A DNA stretch of 64,000 nt, taken from positions 18,468 to 82,467 of the IMG/VR virus record IMGVR_UViG_3300015078_000001; one strand, 5' to 3'. Below, piece after piece: positions 61,512 to 64,000 of the stretch (positions within the stretch are counted from its first letter, which is position 1; each line of letters begins with the position of its first letter). The stretch comes from a virus. A model generated the notes under the pieces. The model was not told the origin of the DNA, did not search any database, and worked only from the letters and a program-made list of their open reading frames with translations. The translations under genes were made by a program, and so were the position numbers.

Positions 61512-62105
61512 ATGAAAGTACTTATAGGCTGTGAGTTCTCAGGTATAGTAAGAGAAGCTTTTAAAGAAAGAGGTCACGATGCATGGAGTTGTGACTTAGT
61601 ACCTACTGAGATACCTGGTAATCATATACAGGATGATATACTAAATCATTTAGATAAAGGATGGGATTTAGCTATCTTCCATCCTCCCTGTACAGATATA
61701 GCGTGTAGTGGGGCCAGATGGTTTGAACAAAAGAGAAAAGACGGTAGACAACAAGCAGGTATAGATTTCTTTATGAAACTTACAGAGGCTCCTATACCTA
61801 AAATAGCTATAGAGAATCCTATCGGGGTGATGTCGTCCATTTACCGGACACCCGATCAGATTATACAACCGTGGATGTTCGGAGAACCTTTCCAGAAGTC
61901 TACCTGTTTGTGGTTAAAGAATCTGCCACTATTGATTCCTACTAACATAGTAGATAAAGGTGAATTTATTACTTATAAGAGTGGTAAGAAGATGCCTAAA
62001 TGGTATGCAGATGCATGGAAATTATCTAAAGAAGAAAGGGCAAAACTTCGTAATCGTACTTTTAAAGGAATAGCGGTTGAGGGTTTTGCTAATCAATGGG
62101 GTTGA
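61512..62105 (+). CDS. DNA cytosine methyltransferase-like protein
   Basis: MKVLIGCEFSG...SCD...FHPPCT (PC catalytic motif), ENPIG. Confidence 0.8.
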   Translation: MKVLIGCEFSGIVREAFKERGHDAWSCDLVPTEIPGNHIQDDILNHLDKGWDLAIFHPPCTDIACSGARWFEQKRKDGRQQAGIDFFMKLTEAPIPKIAIENPIGVMSSIYRTPDQIIQPWMFGEPFQKSTCLWLKNLPLLIPTNIVDKGEFITYKSGKKMPKWYADAWKLSKEERAKLRNRTFKGIAVEGFANQWG

Positions 62106-62594
62106 TATGTTTTTTAAAATAGAAGAAAGTTATTTTGGCGGATTTAACTTATACGTACTCAGTAGTGGAAGAATAATTCATTCTACTCATCCAAAACCTT
62201 TACTTAGATATATAGAGGGATATCTGAAAGGATTGTATAGATGAATATATATAAGCAAATAATATATTTTCTTTTTAAAGTATACGCAACAGTAGCGGTA
62301 GTTTTATTTACTGGAGGCTTTTATCTCGCTTGTGAATCCTATCATAACGATACTATATTCATTCAGATATGGGTGAAACGATCTGAAGTAAATGAGCTTA
62401 AGAACTGTAAACTTGGTACTCATGTACGAGTAGAAAGACCTAACGATGAATATTATATCCTACCTTGTAGTGCTATAAAGGAATTGCGATGAGACATTGT
62501 TTTATTTATAGACTTATTAAATATCCGTTTTATATTATAGCTTACGTAGTATTTGGAATATTATATTATTTGGAAGAAATATGGAAGGCAACCG

Positions 62595-63062
62595 ATGAAT
62601 GCTAGATTAAAACTCGCATACAGTTTAGCCGAATACGCTCACGAAGGGCAGAAACGTAAGGGCGGTCAGCCTTATATATATCACCCCTGGGCAGTAGCAG
62701 AAGCAGTTAAACACTTAGGAGAAGACTATCAAATAGTGGGAGTTCTTCATGATGTAATAGAAGATACTTTTATTATATTAGATACAATAGATAACTCGTT
62801 TGGAGAAGTAGTTTCGGATGCAATTTATTCTGTTACAAGAATAGAACGAGAAGCAAACTGTACCGGAAGTATACCGCACTGGAGCGAACCATACGAGAAA
62901 TTTATTCTACGGGCTAAGAAAAATACTATCGGTAAACAGGTAAAGATAGCCGATATTAAACATAATCTATCTACGTTAGATGGTATTCAATCTGAATCTG
63001 AGAAAGAATATCTTAGAAACAAATGGGTTAAAGCTCTATCTATACTGGAGGATAGTGACTAA
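62595..63062 (+). CDS. HD-domain hydrolase (SpoT/Mesh1-like)
   Basis: AHEGQKRKGGQPYIYHP, LHDVIEDT, VKIADIKHN. Confidence 0.88.
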   Translation: MNARLKLAYSLAEYAHEGQKRKGGQPYIYHPWAVAEAVKHLGEDYQIVGVLHDVIEDTFIILDTIDNSFGEVVSDAIYSVTRIEREANCTGSIPHWSEPYEKFILRAKKNTIGKQVKIADIKHNLSTLDGIQSESEKEYLRNKWVKALSILEDSD

Positions 63063-63531
63063 AAAAGAATTAATATCTTTATTCGAGAAACATAATCCCG
63101 CTAACTATGAAGAAACTGTCGATTTAGGTATACGATTGAAGTGCATAGGCGTTGGAGTATACCGGGAAGTGTACTCCGTACCTAGACTAAATATAGCAAT
63201 TAAATTTCCAAGAATGTCTGATGAATACGATGAAAGCTGGTATGGGTGTAATGTTAGCCATGCTATCTTAGAAATGGAAGCTATAGAGCTTATTAACTCT
63301 ATAGATAGAAAATTAGCTAAGCATGTTCCTGAAGTGTATTATTTTGACGAAGGAACAGGAGTGCTTATAACTAAAAAGTACAAACAAACTCACGCATACA
63401 AGCACTATAAGTTCGTAGATAAGATATCAGAAATACTTGGAATAGATTTAGGTAACAACGATTTTATAGGAAGTAATATAGGAATAGATAAAGACGGTAC
63501 TAAAATACTGTTAGATTTGGGGTTAAGATAA
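63055..63531 (+). CDS. Protein-kinase-like protein
   Basis: IGVGVYREVY, IAIKFP, E helix, NDFIGSNIG and LLDLG. Confidence 0.55.
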   Translation: MTKKELISLFEKHNPANYEETVDLGIRLKCIGVGVYREVYSVPRLNIAIKFPRMSDEYDESWYGCNVSHAILEMEAIELINSIDRKLAKHVPEVYYFDEGTGVLITKKYKQTHAYKHYKFVDKISEILGIDLGNNDFIGSNIGIDKDGTKILLDLGLR

Positions 63532-64000
63532 ATGCTAGTAACTTTTTTATCTGATACGCACGGGCTTCATAATCAGGTACAGATAGAGCCTTGTGATATA
63601 CTTATACATGCCGGTGATTTTACTAATCTAGGTGAGAAAGACGTTCATAATAGCTTTGTAGAATGGTTTGAGGAACAGCCTGCTAAACATCGCATTTTAA
63701 TAGGCGGCAACCATGATTTACATTTGAGCAATTTTCCTAATAATATACATACGTTTAACGATCATGGTATAACCTATCTTGAAGATGAAATGACTGTTGT
63801 AGATGGGATAAAGATATACGGAAGTCCGTGGACTCCTAGATTCGGAGACTGGGCCTTTATGATGTCGAGAGAAACTATCGGGTATATGTGGGATAAAATT
63901 CCCGATGACGTTGATATCCTAGTAACTCACGGCCCTGCTTATGGTATACTAGATCAACCGTGGGGCGGATATGAACACGTAGGGTGTAAATCCTTACTAG
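63532..64000 (+). CDS. Metallophosphoesterase (partial)
   Basis: Hand-translated SDTHG, HAGDFT, GGNHD and THGP. Confidence 0.88.
   Translation, partial: MLVTFLSDTHGLHNQVQIEPCDILIHAGDFTNLGEKDVHNSFVEWFEEQPAKHRILIGGNHDLHLSNFPNNIHTFNDHGITYLEDEMTVVDGIKIYGSPWTPRFGDWAFMMSRETIGYMWDKIPDDVDILVTHGPAYGILDQPWGGYEHVGCKSLL

Larger units (their letters stand above)
1515..61851. repeat. Dispersed 17-bp dyad TGTCC-ATTTWCY-GGACA, 37 copies in both orientations
   Basis: At about 1515, 5624, 9249, 13147, 13596, 15918, 16891, 17326, 18954, 19515, 22063, 22816, 23034, 24917, 26377, 28877, 29790, 31129, 31448, 32739, 33726, 33920, 37607, 40209, 40557, 41124, 43055, 46023, 47389, 50469, 51245, 53698, 54956, 58054, 59566, 60724 and 61834 (counted by eye). 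Confidence 0.95.

Noticed and set aside
1515-61851. Dyad repeats as a CRISPR array
   Set aside because: Copies are hundreds to thousands of bases apart, in both orientations and inside genes; no regular spacers and no cas genes.

Overview
A 64-kb segment of a tailed dsDNA phage genome, AT-rich overall. Minus strand, 1-14.2 kb: late module with partial portal, large terminase, probable structural proteins, a lysis cassette and two atypical tRNAs. About 14.2-19.5 kb: a largely non-coding, divergently transcribed control region. It contains several 22-30 bp RNA duplexes whose G-U wobbles only work on the + strand. Plus strand, 19.5-64 kb: early/middle region of many small genes. It includes a phage RNase III, a family A DNA polymerase split by a small inserted ORF, an inverted DnaX-like ATPase, SSB, ERF, a RecE-like exonuclease, a replication initiator, an RNA ligase, NADAR, HD and phosphoesterase genes, a giant PEP-utilizer/Cys-rich protein next to a PTP/DSP phosphatase, and two tRNA clusters. 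Three non-coding layers stand out. (1) A ~1.05-kb highly base-paired RNA locus at 17.8-18.9 kb. (2) About 27 stop-codon/hairpin/Shine-Dalgarno junction modules in two families, with covarying stems that sequester the next gene's RBS. (3) 37 dispersed copies of a 17-bp dyad, TGTCC-ATTTWCY-GGACA, in both orientations. All protein calls come from motif recognition by eye and all RNA pairings were derived by hand; no database search or folding program was run.
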